In this document: positions 1 to 14,422 of the stretch, piece after piece | Layout of the letters: the number at the start of each line of letters is the position of its first letter | Position numbering within the stretch: position 1 is the stretch's first letter | Source: Macrostomum lignano | Taxonomy: Eukaryota | Direction of reading: 5' to 3' | Assembly (NCBI GenBank): GCA_002269645.1 | Contig: NIVC01002259.1 | Coordinates: 62,001-126,000, forward strand | DNA length: 64,000 bases | Position numbers and translations under genes: made by a program | Notes under the pieces: model-generated | The model's input: only the letters and a program-made list of their open reading frames with translations | Databases searched by the model: none | What the model was told of the DNA's origin: nothing

Positions 1-1112
1 TGTTAATTACCTGGTAGAGAAAGCAGTTGACAATTAATTAGTTGATACAACAACGAACTGTCTATGGCCGAAGCCCCGTTTTAGGCCATTGACTGTCTAT
101 TTAGAAATAGTCTATGGTTAGCGGGCAGGGGCTTCTCCCTCAGTCAAAGTGTCCATCTACGCCGCTCCAGATACTCTATCTAGAACTCCTGGCGCTCTCT
201 GCAGCTGGCGCCTCTGATCAGCTCTACATTTCTCAGCATTATTTCCTGCCCACTCAGTGTCTGCCTGGCTGTCTCGTCTCTGTAGGTCCCTCGCTCCCAT
301 ATACACATTTTGGGCTAAGGCTGGTAAAGCATACATGTAACGAGTATACGCACCCTAAATAGCATTTACAGAAACTTTCTCGGCTGGTTAAAAGCTTTGT
401 CATTAAAAAAATCCAATTTAATTATGACTTTCCTTACTAAGTATATAGTGTATTAGAGTTATAGACTACTTTTTTGAGAATAGACAAGCATCAAATTCAG
501 ACACCACAATTCGACTGTTGATAGCGGCCAATAATAAGCGCGTCATGCCCTGTCAGTTCCAGTTAAACGCTCACCCTACTTCTCAACTTTCAACTTCAAC
601 AGCAGTCCTCCCCAATTATGCAATGTTGCCAAAAAACACACACAGTCAATTTCTCCTGCACTCTCCGCTCCACTTGTTCTCAACAATTGACTGTCAATTG
701 TAATCTTGAGTTTTATAATATGCCATTGGAGCAGCGACAGGCCAAATAATATAAATGAAAAATCTGAGAACAAAAAAGGGGGCGGAGCCCTAAGCTGTGT
801 TGTGTTATTCTTTTGCTGCGGAAACATGATCTATACTCACCTCTGCAGCTCAGAGTCTCATGGCCTATACGAGGCTATGGGAAGAATGAGAGAAAGGGGA
901 AATTGCAGTGTGGTTTTGCAGGTGTGTTTTTTGGGGAGATTCGAGATTGGCTTCCCAGTTTTGTTCTGCGCATTCTGACAGATCTAACTGGTTTACTCGC
1001 TCTTCTGTCTGTTATACACTAACTCTATCAGATATGAAACTGTAACCTGCTGGTGTGCGTCATTATGCTTTTATCTATTTTCAATGCCCTGCTTTCTGCT
1101 TCCATTCTAACT

Positions 1113-2870
1113 TCTCACTCTACTCAATCTAGCCGATCTACTTATACTCAATCTACTCAATCTACTCAATCTACTCAATCTACTCAATCTACTCAATCTA
1201 CTCAATCTACTCAATCTACTCATTCTACTCATTCTACTCAATCTACCCAATCTACTCAATATAGCCAATCTACTCAGTCTACTCAATCTACTCAATCTAC
1301 TCAATCTACTCAATCTACTCAATCTACTCATTCTACTCAATCTACCCAATCTACTCAATATAGCCAATCTACTCAGTCTACTCAATCTACTCAATCTACT
1401 CAATCTACTCAATCTACTCAATCTACTCAATCTACTCAATCTAGCCAATCTACTCAATCTACTCAATCTACTCAATCTACTCAATCTACTCAATCTAGCC
1501 GATCTACTTAATCTACTCAGTCTACTCAATCTAGCTAATCTACTCAATCTAGCCAATCTACTCAATCTAGCCAATCTACTCAATCTACTCAATCTACTTA
1601 TTCTACTTAATCAAGCTACTCAATCTACTCAATCTACTCAATCTAGCCAATCTACTCAATCTACTCAATCTACTCAATCTACTCAATCTACTCAATCTAC
1701 TCAATCTACTCATTCTACTCATTCTACTCAATCTACCCAATCTACTCAATATAGCCAATCTACTCAGTCTACTCAATCTACTCAATCTACTCAATCTACT
1801 CAATCTACTCAATCTACTCATTCTACTCAATCTACCCAATCTACTCAATATAGCCAATCTACTCAGTCTACTCAATCTACTCAATCTACTCAATCTACTC
1901 AATCTACTCAATCTACTCAATCTACTCAATCTACTCAATCTAGCCAATCTACTCAATCTACTCAATCTACTCAATCTACTCAATCTACTCAATCTAGCCG
2001 ATCTACTTAATCTACTCAGTCTACTCAATCTAGCTAATCTACTCAATCTAGCCAATCTACTCAATCTAGCCAATCTACTCAATCTACTCAATCTACTTAT
2101 TCTACTTAATCAAGCTACTCAATCTACTCAATCTACTCAATCTAGCCAATCTAGCCAATCTACTCAATCTACTCAATCTACTCAATCTACTCAATCTAGC
2201 CAATCTACTCAATCTAGCCAATCTACTCAATCTAGCCAATCTACTCAATCTACTCAATCTACTTATTCTACTTAATCAAGCTACTCAATCTACTCAATCT
2301 ACTCAATCTAGCCAATCTAGCCAATCTACTCAATCTACTCAATCTACTCAATCTACTCAATCTAGCTAATCTACTCAATTTACTCAATCTACTCAATCTA
2401 CTCAATCTACTCAAGCTACTCAATCTACTTATTCTACTTAATCAAGCTACTCAATCTACTCAATCTACTCAATCTAGCCAATCTAGCCAATCTACTCAAT
2501 CTACTCAATCTACTCAATCTACTCAATCTAGCCAATCTACTCAATTTACTCAATCTACTCAATCTACTCAATCTACTCAATCTAGCCAATCTACTCAATC
2601 TACTCAATCTACTCAATCTACTCAATCTACTCAAGCTACTCAATCTACTTATTCTACTTAATCAAGCTACTCAATCTACTCAATCTACTCAATCTAGCCA
2701 ATCTAGCCAATCTACTCAATCTACTCAATCTACTCAATCTACTCAATCTAGCCAATCTACTCAATTTACTCAATCTACTCAATCTACTCAATCTACTCAA
2801 GCTACTCAATCTACTTATTCTACTTAATCAAGCTACTCAATCTACTCAATCTACCCAATCTACTCAAGCT
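1113..2870. repeat. 9-bp minisatellite (TCTACTCAA)n with higher-order structure
   Basis: Direct tandem array; variants TCTAGCCAA, TCTACTCAT; marker ACTTATTCTACTTAATCAAGCT recurs at about 1596, 2095, 2261, 2427, 2647, 2813. Confidence 0.97.
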
Positions 2871-3861
2871 CTCACCCTGCAGAAGTTTCACTCAGTTCAG
2901 CCGACAACAAGCAAAACTAACTGCAAAGTGAAGGTTTGCTGGTGGGCGGAAGGCTGTCAGACCAACCCAGAGCCACCCACCCCCCTTGCACTCAACTTTT
3001 TGCGCAACAGAGAGCTAACGTTCTCCTATTATTGGAAAGGAAAATTGCGAAATAATGAGGCAGACAACATTGTTAGGACTATTATATAGATGGGAAACAG
3101 ATATACAGATTGGAGTGCTCTAAACGATGATTGCTAAAATTAAATGCTCTTCCATAGAGAAGTTGCGCAATTTCTCTCGAGTCAACTCCAAAGCGTTGCG
3201 TGCATCAAAATTTTTAAAGGAACCGACTTAAAATGCGGCAACTGTTTTCAAACTCCAAATTCGAATATCTAGTAAACTATCTTGATAGAGACTCGCCATC
3301 AAGGGCCTCGGTATTAAGGCGGGATGGTCCGCTAACTCTTGTCCTCGATCGGCCATGATTGCTCCACACTATATAGATAAGCATCTAAAATCCGCCAGGT
3401 AACCAACGGACACCACCTGAGGCTTAAGGAATCTCATCATCATTTAATATCATAGTCGCGATATATGCAGGAATTGATCCGAGAGAGGGAGACAGACAGG
3501 TGATCTACGCCCTCGCTCCGGTGCGCACAGATCACAGAGCCAATGCTCACACGTGACCCGCGCCTGACTCCCCGCCATCACGAGTAATGTGTCTGCATTG
3601 CGGAGATTTTGAAAGAGAAAGGATATTTTAGCCAATATAGACAATATAGTAGAGTTTTTTGTTCCACCATCAAGATAAACCGCAGACACGCATGTCCGAG
3701 CTGTCCGAGCCGTCCGCACCGGCCTGCTCGTCCAGGTTACAGCCTGTCAGCTTTGATTGAGCTGACTGCGAGTCTCTGACACACAGATTCTGATACCGTG
3801 CTATGCTTTCTAACCATCATGGAATCTGAGTCCTGGCGAGCAGCTCCGAAACTATTAAGCT

Positions 3862-4572
3862 CATAAACTCTTAAACTCCCAAACTCCTAAACTCCCAAAC
3901 TCCTAAACTCCCAAACTCCTAAACTCCTAAACACCTAAACTCATAAACTGCTAAACTGCTAAACTACTAAACTACTAAACTGCTAAACTGCTAAACTCCT
4001 AAACTCCTAAACACCTAGACTCATAAACTCATAAACTCCTGAAACTGCTAAACTCCTAAACTTCTGAAAGCTCCTAAGCCCTAAACTCCTAAGCTCCTAA
4101 ACTGCTAAACTGCTAAACTCCTAAACGCCTAAACTCCTAAACTCCTAAGCTCCTAAGCACCTAAACCCATAAACTCCTTAGCTCCTAAGCACCTAAACCC
4201 CAAAACTCCTTAGCTCCTAAGCACCTAAACCCATAAACTCCTTAGCTCCTAAGCATCTAAACCCCTAAATTCCTTAGCTCCTAAGCACCTAAACCCATAA
4301 ACTCCTTAGCTCCTAAGCACCTAAACCCATAAACTCCTTAGCTCCTAAGCATCTAAACCCCTAAACTCCTTAGCTCCTAAGCACCTAAACCCATAAACTC
4401 CTTAGCTCCTAAGCATCTAAACCCCTAAACTCCTTAGCTCCTAAGCACCTAAACCCATAAACTCCTTAGCTCCTAAGCACCTAAACCCTTAAACTCCTTA
4501 GCTCCTAAGCACCTAAACCCATAAACTCCTTAGCTCCTAAGCACCTAAACCCTTAAACTCCTTAGCTCCTAG
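3862..4572. repeat. Compound minisatellite: 9-bp CTAAACTCC-like units grading into a 31-32-bp unit (AAACTCCTTAGCTCCTAAGCACCTAAACCC..)
   Basis: Visible tandem periodicity. Confidence 0.92.
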
Positions 4573-5332
4573 CCTCCAAATTCTTACAGTTATGAAAAAG
4601 TTATAGAACAGAGAATAGGAAACTTCTACCGAGTGAGAGTACGGAGGCCACACTGCGGCTCCTGAAAATTTAAGATTCTCAGCATTCACAAGTCGCACTC
4701 ACGATGCACATGGACTGCAGCGGGCAGACAGGTCGCGGGCTCGATTCTCTTGGGAGATCCGATTTTTCCAATTTGATTTCATCATCATTCGCGAGTCGAA
4801 TCAACCTCCAGTCTCAACCCCTCCCTTCCGAAAAATCATTTCCACAGGTGATGAAGGAGATTAAAAACAACTTCCCCTTCGCCAGCATCCTCAGGAGGCC
4901 TGCGCAGCGCATCATCAAAGGAGGCAGCGGAGGCTGGAAACCCGAACTTGCGCAGCATCTCAGCTGAATGAAAAAGCAATATCCAACCCTCCTGACGCCC
5001 GGGCGCCCCGCTGCGCAGGGGATTAACGCACGAATGAGCTGCCGATCAGGCGATCTTTGATCAGCAAATCAAAACAGATTTATTTTTGCTTAGAGACAAG
5101 CAGGCAGGCTACAGAAGTTCCAGGCAGGTAAGGTGGTGTATTCAATATTCACCCAAGTCTTCCTATTGCGATTTTGTATTCAATTTTCCATTTTTGAGAA
5201 ACCGAACCGCTAGGCCTCGGTGAGATGAAATTCGGGAAAATTGCATGCAGTGCCTGAACACTCGACTGGAGCCGCTGATTCCTAATCGAATTACCGAGGT
5301 TTGCCCACCCGACTGAAGATTTTGCATCGAAT

Positions 5333-6150
5333 CGGGATAGAAATAGCACTCCAAGAATAGAAATGGCACCTATCGGGATAGAAATGGTACTCCAAGAATA
5401 GAAATGGCACCTATCGGGATAGAAATGGCACCTATCGGGATAGAAATGGTACTCCAAGAATAGAAATGGCACCTATCGGGATAGAAATGGCACCTATCGG
5501 GATAGAAATGGCACCTATCGGAATTGAAATGGCACCTATCGGGATAGAAATGGCACCTATCGGAATTGAAATGGCACCTATCGGGATAGAAATGGCTCCT
5601 ATCGGGATAGAAATGGCACCTATCGGGATAGAAATGGCTCCTATCGGGATAGAAATGGCACCTATCGGGATAGAAATGGCACCTATCGGGATAGAAATGG
5701 CACCTATCGGGATAGAAATGGCACCTATCGGGATAGAAATGGCTCCTATCGGGATAGAAATGGCACCTATCGGAATTGAAATGGCACCTATCGGGATAGA
5801 AATGGCACCTATCGGGATAGAAATGGCACCTATCGGGATAGAAATGGCACCTATCGGGATAGAAATGGCCCCTATCGGGATAGAAATGGCTCCTATCGGG
5901 ATAGAAATGGCACCTATCGGGATAGAAATGGCACCTATCGGGATAGAAATGGCACCTATCGGGATAGAAATGGCCCCTATCGGGATAGAAATGGCTCCTA
6001 TCGGGATAGAAATGGCACCTATCGGGATAGAAATGGCACCTATCGGGATAGAAATGGCACCTATCGGGATAGAAATGGCACCTATCGGGATAGAAATGGC
6101 ACCTATCGGGATAGAAATGGCACCTATCGGGATAGAAATGGCACCTATCT
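5333..6150. repeat. 21-bp minisatellite (ATAGAAATGGCACCTATCGGG)n
   Basis: Highly homogeneous tandem array; produces the spurious MAPIGIE/DRCHFYP ORFs. Confidence 0.97.
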
Positions 6151-6816
6151 GTATAGAAATGAAAAATGGCACTCCTTAGGATAAGAATGGCATGGCACCC
6201 ATTTGGAAAAATGGCACCTATTGAGATAAAAATGGCACTCCGAGGAACAAGCGGCAAAGGACACTCACTTCTTGCTGATGCGTCTGCGCCTCTTGGTGGC
6301 GTACATTGTCTTGATGACCCAGTCGTCAACCATTTAGCAGGGAAGACAGCTTTAGTGGCGGAGGCTGGCAAGTTTCGCAATAAACGAACTGCCAACCTGT
6401 ACCTTAATGCGCTGCTCAAGGACTATTGCTACTAATGAGAACAGCTGGACTGTGCTGCCAAGAAGTTCCAGACCGAGTCAACTAAACTGTAAAAAAAACT
6501 CAAACAAGAATGTCGGAGCTTCAGTCTGAATTGATTTTTGCCGCTTTTGATTGAATTTGACATCGCCCGGAGTCTCATTGTGGGCTACGGGCTCGGCCAA
6601 CCCCTGCGCCGGCACCGCTCAGCACTCTGAGCAGCCAACCGACTGTGAGCTCGGGCAGGGCCCTGAAATCCTGTTGGCTGAGCCCGGCCGCTGCCTGCTG
6701 GGGGCGGAGGGACTCAGCGGAGACGACTGCTCACCCTCTCCCTGCTGTTGCCCTCCTTCTAGCCAATCAGCCTTCAACACAGGTCGCCTGCCTCTGCCTG
6801 TCTGCCTGCCTCTGCC

Positions 6817-8236
<1,420 letters not shown>

Positions 8237-8785
8237 CAATAGCAATACATTGAATGGTCTAGCAACATGGTTATTTTTAAGCAAGATAGGCCTCCCTCTT
8301 TTCTCCACCCATGCGTATATGGGAATTTAGGCTGGCAATCCTTTTGATCTCCCCTGCAGGAAGGAAAGAACAAGCGGTCGGTTGGAGAAGAATTTCTCCC
8401 TGCCAGTCCAACACTGTTGCCATGAGCGACCCAGCTCAAGCAGCAGGCATTCAAGCATCAATTCCTCCGACTTAAGCCCTCCATTGCCTTGCAACTCAGC
8501 CGCACTCCAAATCCCCAATTATCAGCTCAGCGAAGAGTTTTAAGAAGAATCTGAGCTCCCCAAAACCCATGCCGTCTTCCCAGCCCTGCTGCCCACTCCA
8601 TCCAGCCGGCGTCGTGCCAATCAAACACAAAAAACCAAATCTGCCAGCGAGCCTTCCATTTCTCGGACCGACGGAAGAAGTCATTCCGCATCGCTTGGCT
8701 CCGTTGCCTCCCTGTGTGAGCTCCGGGTCCTGCGTTGGAGTTCCTGCTTCCCTAAAGCAAGCGGAAAATCTCTTGAGGTTCTTCA

Positions 8786-9145
8786 TCCTGTCTCTCTGGA
8801 GTGCTTCCCCCCAGTATCTCCGTCCTGTCTCTCCCCCGGGTATCTCCATCTTGTCCATCCTGTCTCTCTGGAGTGCTTCCCCCCCCAGTATCTCCGTCCT
8901 GTCTCTCCCCAGCATCCCCATCTTGTCCACCCTGTCTCTCCCCCGGTATCTCCATCTTATCCACCCTGTCTCTCCCCGGTATCTCTTTCTTGTTCACCCT
9001 GTCTCTCCCCGGTATCTCCATCTTGTCCATCCTGTCTCTCCCCCGGGTATCTCCATCTTGTCCATCCTGTCTCTCCCCCGGGTATCTCCATCTTGTCCAT
9101 CCTGTCTCTCCCCCGGGTATCTCCATCTTGTCCATCCTGTATATC
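8786..9145. repeat. 33-35-bp minisatellite (GGTATCTCCATCTTGTCCATCCTGTCTCTCCCC..)
   Basis: Tandem periodicity. Confidence 0.9.
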
Positions 9146-9894
9146 TGGAGTGTCTCCCCACGGTATTTCCCTGATCAGAGGTCCAAGAAGGAAGAAGGTG
9201 AAAGATTTTGTGAATCCTTTCTACGGCTCGTATCTTGCTAAATTTATTCTGAAACGAAATTGGTGTTTTCAAGAACATCCCCATGGCTTAACGCCGACTT
9301 GTAACGTCCGTGATCAAAGCATCACACGCCTCAGTGCTCCCATGGAACTAAACTACACGACAGTCAGTCTTGGAGTGGCGGAACCCTATGACAGAATGCA
9401 TTATAATTTATTTCTTATAAAGTTTTCAACACAGGGAGTGAACACAGAACTGTTGCCAAACAGGTTTAGAGCGGATCCCATGCCAGTCTGCATTTCATGC
9501 GCTTGACTTGTTAGGCCTAATTAAAGGCTTGAATACATTTGTAAAGAGGTCTAAAGTTAATTTCTGTATTCTATACCTATTAGATATTTAAGGCTTATTC
9601 CGAAAGCCACCGGAACTGCATGCAGCGCGAGGCTCAAGACTCTGTAATTCGCCCTGACAACTGGGCGACGAACCCCCCTCGCCCATTACATTGACGACAA
9701 ATTGGCAGTTATTTTACGCTTGAATTGAATTTTATTGTTGCCAACTAAATTTATATTTTATATATCCCGGCAAAGCGAAGATGCAAGTACAGTTAAATAC
9801 TCCTTAAAGTAGGCAACTGCGAATTTTAAGGCATCGCATTTATATCATATTTTCGATTTTGGCATGCTTCAGGTATCAATTTGTTATGATGCAC

Positions 9895-10690
9895 TGATGC
9901 CAGTCCCTAATCAGTGTGTCTCATTTGATGCCAGTCCCTAATCAGTGTGTCTCATTTGATGCCAGTCCCTAATCAGTGTGTCTGCACTGATGCCAGTCCC
10001 TAATCAGTGTGTGTCTGATTTGATGCCAGTCCCTAATCAGTGTGTCTGATTTGATGCCAGTCCCTAATCAGTGTGTCTGATTTGATGCCAGTCCCTAATC
10101 AGTGTGTGTCTGATTTGATGCCAGTCCCTAATCAGTGTGTGTCTCATTTGATGCCAGTCCCTAATCAGTGTGTGTCTGATTTGATGCCAGTCCCTAATCA
10201 GTGTGTCTGATTTGATGCCAGTCCCTAATCAGTGTGTCTGATTTGATGCCAGTCCCTAATCAGAGTGTGTCTGATTTGATGCCAGTCCCTAATCAGTGTG
10301 TCTGATTTGATGCCAGTCCCTAATCAGTGTGTGTCTGATTTGATGCCAGTCCCTAATCAGTGTGTCTGATTTGATGCCAGTCCCTAATCAGTGTGTGTCT
10401 GATTTGATGCCAGTCCCTAATCAGTGTGTGTCTCATTTGATGCCAGTCCCTAATCAGTGTGTGTCTGATTTGATGCCAGTCCCTAATCAGTGTGTCTGAT
10501 TTGATGCCAGTCCCTAATCAGTGTGTCTGATTTGATGCCAGTCCCTAATCAGTGTGTGTCTGATTTGATGCCAGTCCCTAATCAGAGTGTCTGCATTGAT
10601 GCCAGTCCCTAATCAGTGTGTCTGATTTGATGCCAGTCCCTAATCAGTGTGTGTCTGATTTGATGCCAGTCCCTAATCAGTGTGTCTGAT
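9895..10690. repeat. 31/33-bp minisatellite (TGATGCCAGTCCCTAATCAGTGTGTCTGATT)n
   Basis: Tandem periodicity, length variation in the GT tract. Confidence 0.96.
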
Positions 10691-10891
10691 TGGAGCAAGT
10701 CAGCTGGTAATCACGAGTACGCAAAGCAATGAATGGCAAGTCCCCCTTTTGGCCACAGACCAAATGGCTCATCAATCTTATTCAGCTGGTTGAGAACGCC
10801 AGTTCGCGCAACCGCAGCTTATTAATCGATAGAAACTGCTCTCTGCGAGTGAGCCAGCGCCAGACGGATCCAACGGCAGAGCGCGCTGAAA

Positions 10892-13800
10892 ATGTTGAAC
10901 AGCCTGTCAGCATCGAAGTCGTCAGCATGCCGCTTATTCAGAGAGCTGGACAGCGTCGGGGCCACGGCAGCCTCGGCCTGCTGGTCGGCCTCGCAGGAGA
11001 GCCTGGCCAGCCTGGAGGAGTTCAGCTGCCTGGAGGTGGCGCTGGACTGCCTGGACGATATCGCCCACGAAAACTATCAATTCGTCGTCGAAGAGATGTT
11101 CTTCGAAGCGGTCATCGTTGAGGTGAACGCCGAGCTGCGCAGGCAGCCGGCCGGGCTCATCGCCGAGCAGCTCATCGAGACGACCGTGCGAGCTCAGGCC
11201 GCCGCTTGCTGCCTGGCAGCCGTCAGCCAGAAGACCCGCGGGCCCGGCAACAACAGGAACAGCAACAACAACCACTGGAGCAGCCGGGTCGACCACAACA
11301 ACGATACGACATTCTGCGATCTGGACCTCGACTACGAAGGCTGCCAGATGGCCAAGGCGGAGTGGCTTAGCCGGCCTATCGCCGAAGCTCTGGACCGCCT
11401 CTACGAAGTCTGGACCTCCGCCGCGGTGGAGGAGGTCTGTCTGGAGACCCTCGTCGAATTGGTGTGCGAGCGGCTTGTGCAGGTGCTGTACAAGTCCAGC
11501 CACTCCAAGTCCCAATTCGAGTGCCGCATTGTCAAAGCTGTTGGCCGCTTCAACCAGACCCTGGACCGGCTGGCGGCCACCAACCAGGGCGAGCGGAAGC
11601 AGCTGCAACAGCAGCAGCGTCGACTGGACGCCGGTCGAGTCGCCGACAGCTTCTTCGACTGCGTCGTGGACACCGTGGCCGATCCGGACTCGCGCAGGGC
11701 GTCGAACGCTATGACGGGCATACTGCTGGCTGCTGTACCCGACGAGCCGGGAGACTTCGGCGGTGGGAACCGAGGGAGCAACGGCGTCTACGATAACTGG
11801 CGGCTGCTGGGCATCGCGCGGGCGGCATTCGTTCGCTCGATCCGCGGCCAGCTGAGCCGCCTGGCCAAGAAGAGCCAGGAGAAGCACGCAGCACAGAGCC
11901 TGAAGCAGCAGCGGCGCTCGGCTCTGGCCGCGCACGTGCTTGACGTTGGCAACTGCAGCCTGTCTGACGAGCTCGAGAGCCTGCCGTCGGACACGGAGAC
12001 AGCCTCCATTAGCGCCGCTCCACCGAATCCGCCCGTAGCGACGCGGAAAACTGCAAGCGGCTCCAGCAGAAGCTCGGGCTGGCAGGTGCAGCAGCAACGG
12101 TGTTTTCCGTACAGGCTGGAGCGAATCAGCGAAGCCCCTCAGCACTCCAAGCTGTCCGCGGCTGTCGAACTCGAAGTCAGGACGTTGGCGGAGACGGCCG
12201 CGCCGACGAGTTCAACGCAGCAGCAAACAGAGGAGGCCGCCGGGTGCATCAGCGCAGGATTCGGCAGCCGCTTAGTCCGCATCAGCGCCAGCTACTCGGA
12301 GGCGACCGAGGGCGATTCGGTGGAAATTCGATTGGCCCCGGCCGGCCGAGTCAGCTGCTGCTGCTCAGCGGCCTCGAGCGGCAGGCGGGCAAAAATTCTG
12401 GCCCTGACAGCGCCTTCGGCCGCTTTCGCCAGCCAGCTGTCGGCAGGCCGAGCCGAGGCCTCCGCCACCCTGGCAACGGTTGCCACGGTCGGCCCCAGTC
12501 TGCTCGACTGCTCCACAATGGCTGCCGATTCTGGCGCCGCACTGAAGCTGCCCGTCACTCTGCTGGCACTGTCGGCTGCAGAAGCGTCGGCGGCTGCTGT
12601 AGCCTCGGGCGTCGAGTTCGCGACAGCCGCTGCGCCCACCGTGGCGCCGGTTCTGATCGCCTCCATGGTGCACCGGCCGCGGCCGCTGATGCGCCTCGCC
12701 CGCTGCCGTTTCGTGCTGCGCCGGCTGGATGCAGCGCCACAGTCCGCCGTCGTTGTCCGAGTGCCGCAGTTGCCGCTGGCCACGCCGAGCCCGCTGACGA
12801 ACCGCTGCGTTGTAGACGTGCCAGCCATCTGGTCCGTGCACGCGGGGGTGCGCCCGTCACGCAGTCACTGCTGCCCGCTGAGCCACCTGCCGGAGCCGCC
12901 GCCCCGGCTGCCAGGGGCCAGCGGCAGCCACCTCTCGGCCGCGGCCAAGCTGGACCTGGCGCCGGCGCCGGCCATTCGGCTGACCGCATCGACACAGCCG
13001 ACAGTCGGCACCCGGTTGGTTGGCGTGTCGGCCGGCCGGGCCGCCCGATCAGCGCCGACGCCGTGGCGCGCTAACGGAACCGGCGCCGCCAGCATCGGCG
13101 ACGTCCGCCAGCGGGGCTCGAGCCTTCAACTGCCGGCGACAGAGCGCGCCCTGGCCACCGCAGCGGATCAGCCGGCGCCAGGTGGCGGCGCCCTCTGGCC
13201 GGAGCGGCCCGTGCGGCATTGGCTGCAAGCTCGGCAGTCGACTGGCTGGCTGCGGCCGACGCTGTCCCCGGTCACGTTGGCGACGTCGACGCCTGCGGCA
13301 GCTGTATCAGCGTCGTCCCAGGCGGAGCTGTTCGACTCCAGCGACAGCGTCGGCGCCTTTTTCGCGGCGCCATTCGAAGCGCCAGAAGTTTGCACTCTCG
13401 GAGGACTCGCTAACTCGCTGCCAATTTTGGCCATCGACTGTCAGTCGGTCGAGTGCCGCCTGGAAGCCGACAGAGTCGCCGGTTCGGGACCGACGGGCGG
13501 CCCGACAGTGTTGGAGCCTCCAACAATCGGGACCTCCGCCACTTCAGTCAACAAGTTCGAGGATCCCGATGAGGATTGGGAGGATGACGGAGCTCACCTG
13601 GAGACGGTGATCACCATCCAGTCGATTTTCACAGTCGGGATAGTCGACGAAGAGCAGGAACTTGAGCAGGAGCAGCAGGAGGATGAGACGGAGGTTGGGT
13701 CAAGGCCGGTCGTCATGGCGATAGAGACGCCGCGACGCAGACCGTTGCCAGGAGGCAACCGCATTCCGATTGGTCGCAGTCGCAGCGCCAGCTCGTCGGG

Positions 13801-13954
13801 CTCTTCAACGGCCAGCAGCATCGATGGGCTGCCCGTCTGGCCGGCTCTGTGGCAGCGGCAGCAGCAGATGCAAATTGCCGCTCTGCATCCCACGGCGACA
13901 AGATCAAAGCCCAGTCGACAAGTTGAACATATTAGCAGACAATCGAGCCAGTGA
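10892..13954 (+). CDS. Hypothetical protein, 1020 aa; predicted helical acidic N-terminal third, Ala/Ser/Pro-rich remainder
   Basis: 3-kb uninterrupted non-repetitive GC-rich ORF in AT-rich surroundings; no family recognised; true start could lie in an upstream exon. Confidence 0.7.
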   Translation: MLNSLSASKSSACRLFRELDSVGATAASACWSASQESLASLEEFSCLEVALDCLDDIAHENYQFVVEEMFFEAVIVEVNAELRRQPAGLIAEQLIETTVRAQAAACCLAAVSQKTRGPGNNRNSNNNHWSSRVDHNNDTTFCDLDLDYEGCQMAKAEWLSRPIAEALDRLYEVWTSAAVEEVCLETLVELVCERLVQVLYKSSHSKSQFECRIVKAVGRFNQTLDRLAATNQGERKQLQQQQRRLDAGRVADSFFDCVVDTVADPDSRRASNAMTGILLAAVPDEPGDFGGGNRGSNGVYDNWRLLGIARAAFVRSIRGQLSRLAKKSQEKHAAQSLKQQRRSALAAHVLDVGNCSLSDELESLPSDTETASISAAPPNPPVATRKTASGSSRSSGWQVQQQRCFPYRLERISEAPQHSKLSAAVELEVRTLAETAAPTSSTQQQTEEAAGCISAGFGSRLVRISASYSEATEGDSVEIRLAPAGRVSCCCSAASSGRRAKILALTAPSAAFASQLSAGRAEASATLATVATVGPSLLDCSTMAADSGAALKLPVTLLALSAAEASAAAVASGVEFATAAAPTVAPVLIASMVHRPRPLMRLARCRFVLRRLDAAPQSAVVVRVPQLPLATPSPLTNRCVVDVPAIWSVHAGVRPSRSHCCPLSHLPEPPPRLPGASGSHLSAAAKLDLAPAPAIRLTASTQPTVGTRLVGVSAGRAARSAPTPWRANGTGAASIGDVRQRGSSLQLPATERALATAADQPAPGGGALWPERPVRHWLQARQSTGWLRPTLSPVTLATSTPAAAVSASSQAELFDSSDSVGAFFAAPFEAPEVCTLGGLANSLPILAIDCQSVECRLEADRVAGSGPTGGPTVLEPPTIGTSATSVNKFEDPDEDWEDDGAHLETVITIQSIFTVGIVDEEQELEQEQQEDETEVGSRPVVMAIETPRRRPLPGGNRIPIGRSRSASSSGSSTASSIDGLPVWPALWQRQQQMQIAALHPTATRSKPSRQVEHISRQSSQ

Positions 13955-13979
13955 TTAGTTTTAATTTTTGTATTTAGAC

Positions 13980-14422
13980 CAGGGGTCGGCAACACATTTT
14001 TGCCTGCAGGGCCAGATAAACAATCCGGTTCATGACTGCTGGCCAGATTAGAAAGGAAAGGAGAGGGAATAAAGGGGAGAGAAGAGAAAAAAGGAGATGA
14101 GAGATGAGAATCGAGAAGAGAAGAGAGAAGAGAAGATAAGAGATAAGAGAGAAGAGAAGAGAGAAGATAAGAGATAATAGAGAAGAGAGAAGAGAAGAGA
14201 AGAGATAAGAAATAAGAGAGAAGAGAGAAGAGAAGAGAGAAGAGAGAAGAGAGAAGAGAAGAGAGAAGAGATAAGAGAGAAGAGAAGAGAGAAGATAAGA
14301 GATAAGAGAGAAGAGAGAAGAGAGCTGAGAAGAGAAGCATTTTGAGCAGGCAGTTGTGAAGCCTCAAAGGACTCGAGGGCCCGATGGAGAGGGTTCGCGG
14401 GCCGGAGTTTGCCGACCCCATG
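13980..14422 (+). mobile_element. Non-autonomous hAT (Buster/Charlie-like) MITE with internal GA-rich tract, copy 1
   Basis: TIRs CAGGGGTCGGCAAC / GTTTGCCGACCCCATG; 8-bp TSD ATTTAGAC/ATTAAGAC (7 of 8 match); homologous copy at 22560-24316. Confidence 0.8.

Noticed and set aside
4700-5130. GC-richer segment with plausible exons on both strands (VMKEIKNNFPF..LS* on plus; EMLRKFGF.. and a GTGAGT donor at about 4700 on minus)
   Set aside because: Could not build a consistent spliced model or recognise a product
6269-6333. Minus-strand mini exon MVDDWVIKTMYATKRRRRISK with a GTGAGT donor
   Set aside because: Plausible first exon, but no convincing phase-2 partner exon or homology was found
8360-9506. 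Possible plus-strand exons flanking the 33-bp repeat (..AENLLR|GPRRKKVKDFVNPFYGS..)
   Set aside because: Weak donor (GTTCTT), an upstream in-frame stop and no recognisable domain
10934-12145. 403-aa minus-strand ORF and other nested ORFs to 13.9 kb
   Set aside because: GC-rich antisense or alternate-frame shadows of the 1020-aa ORF
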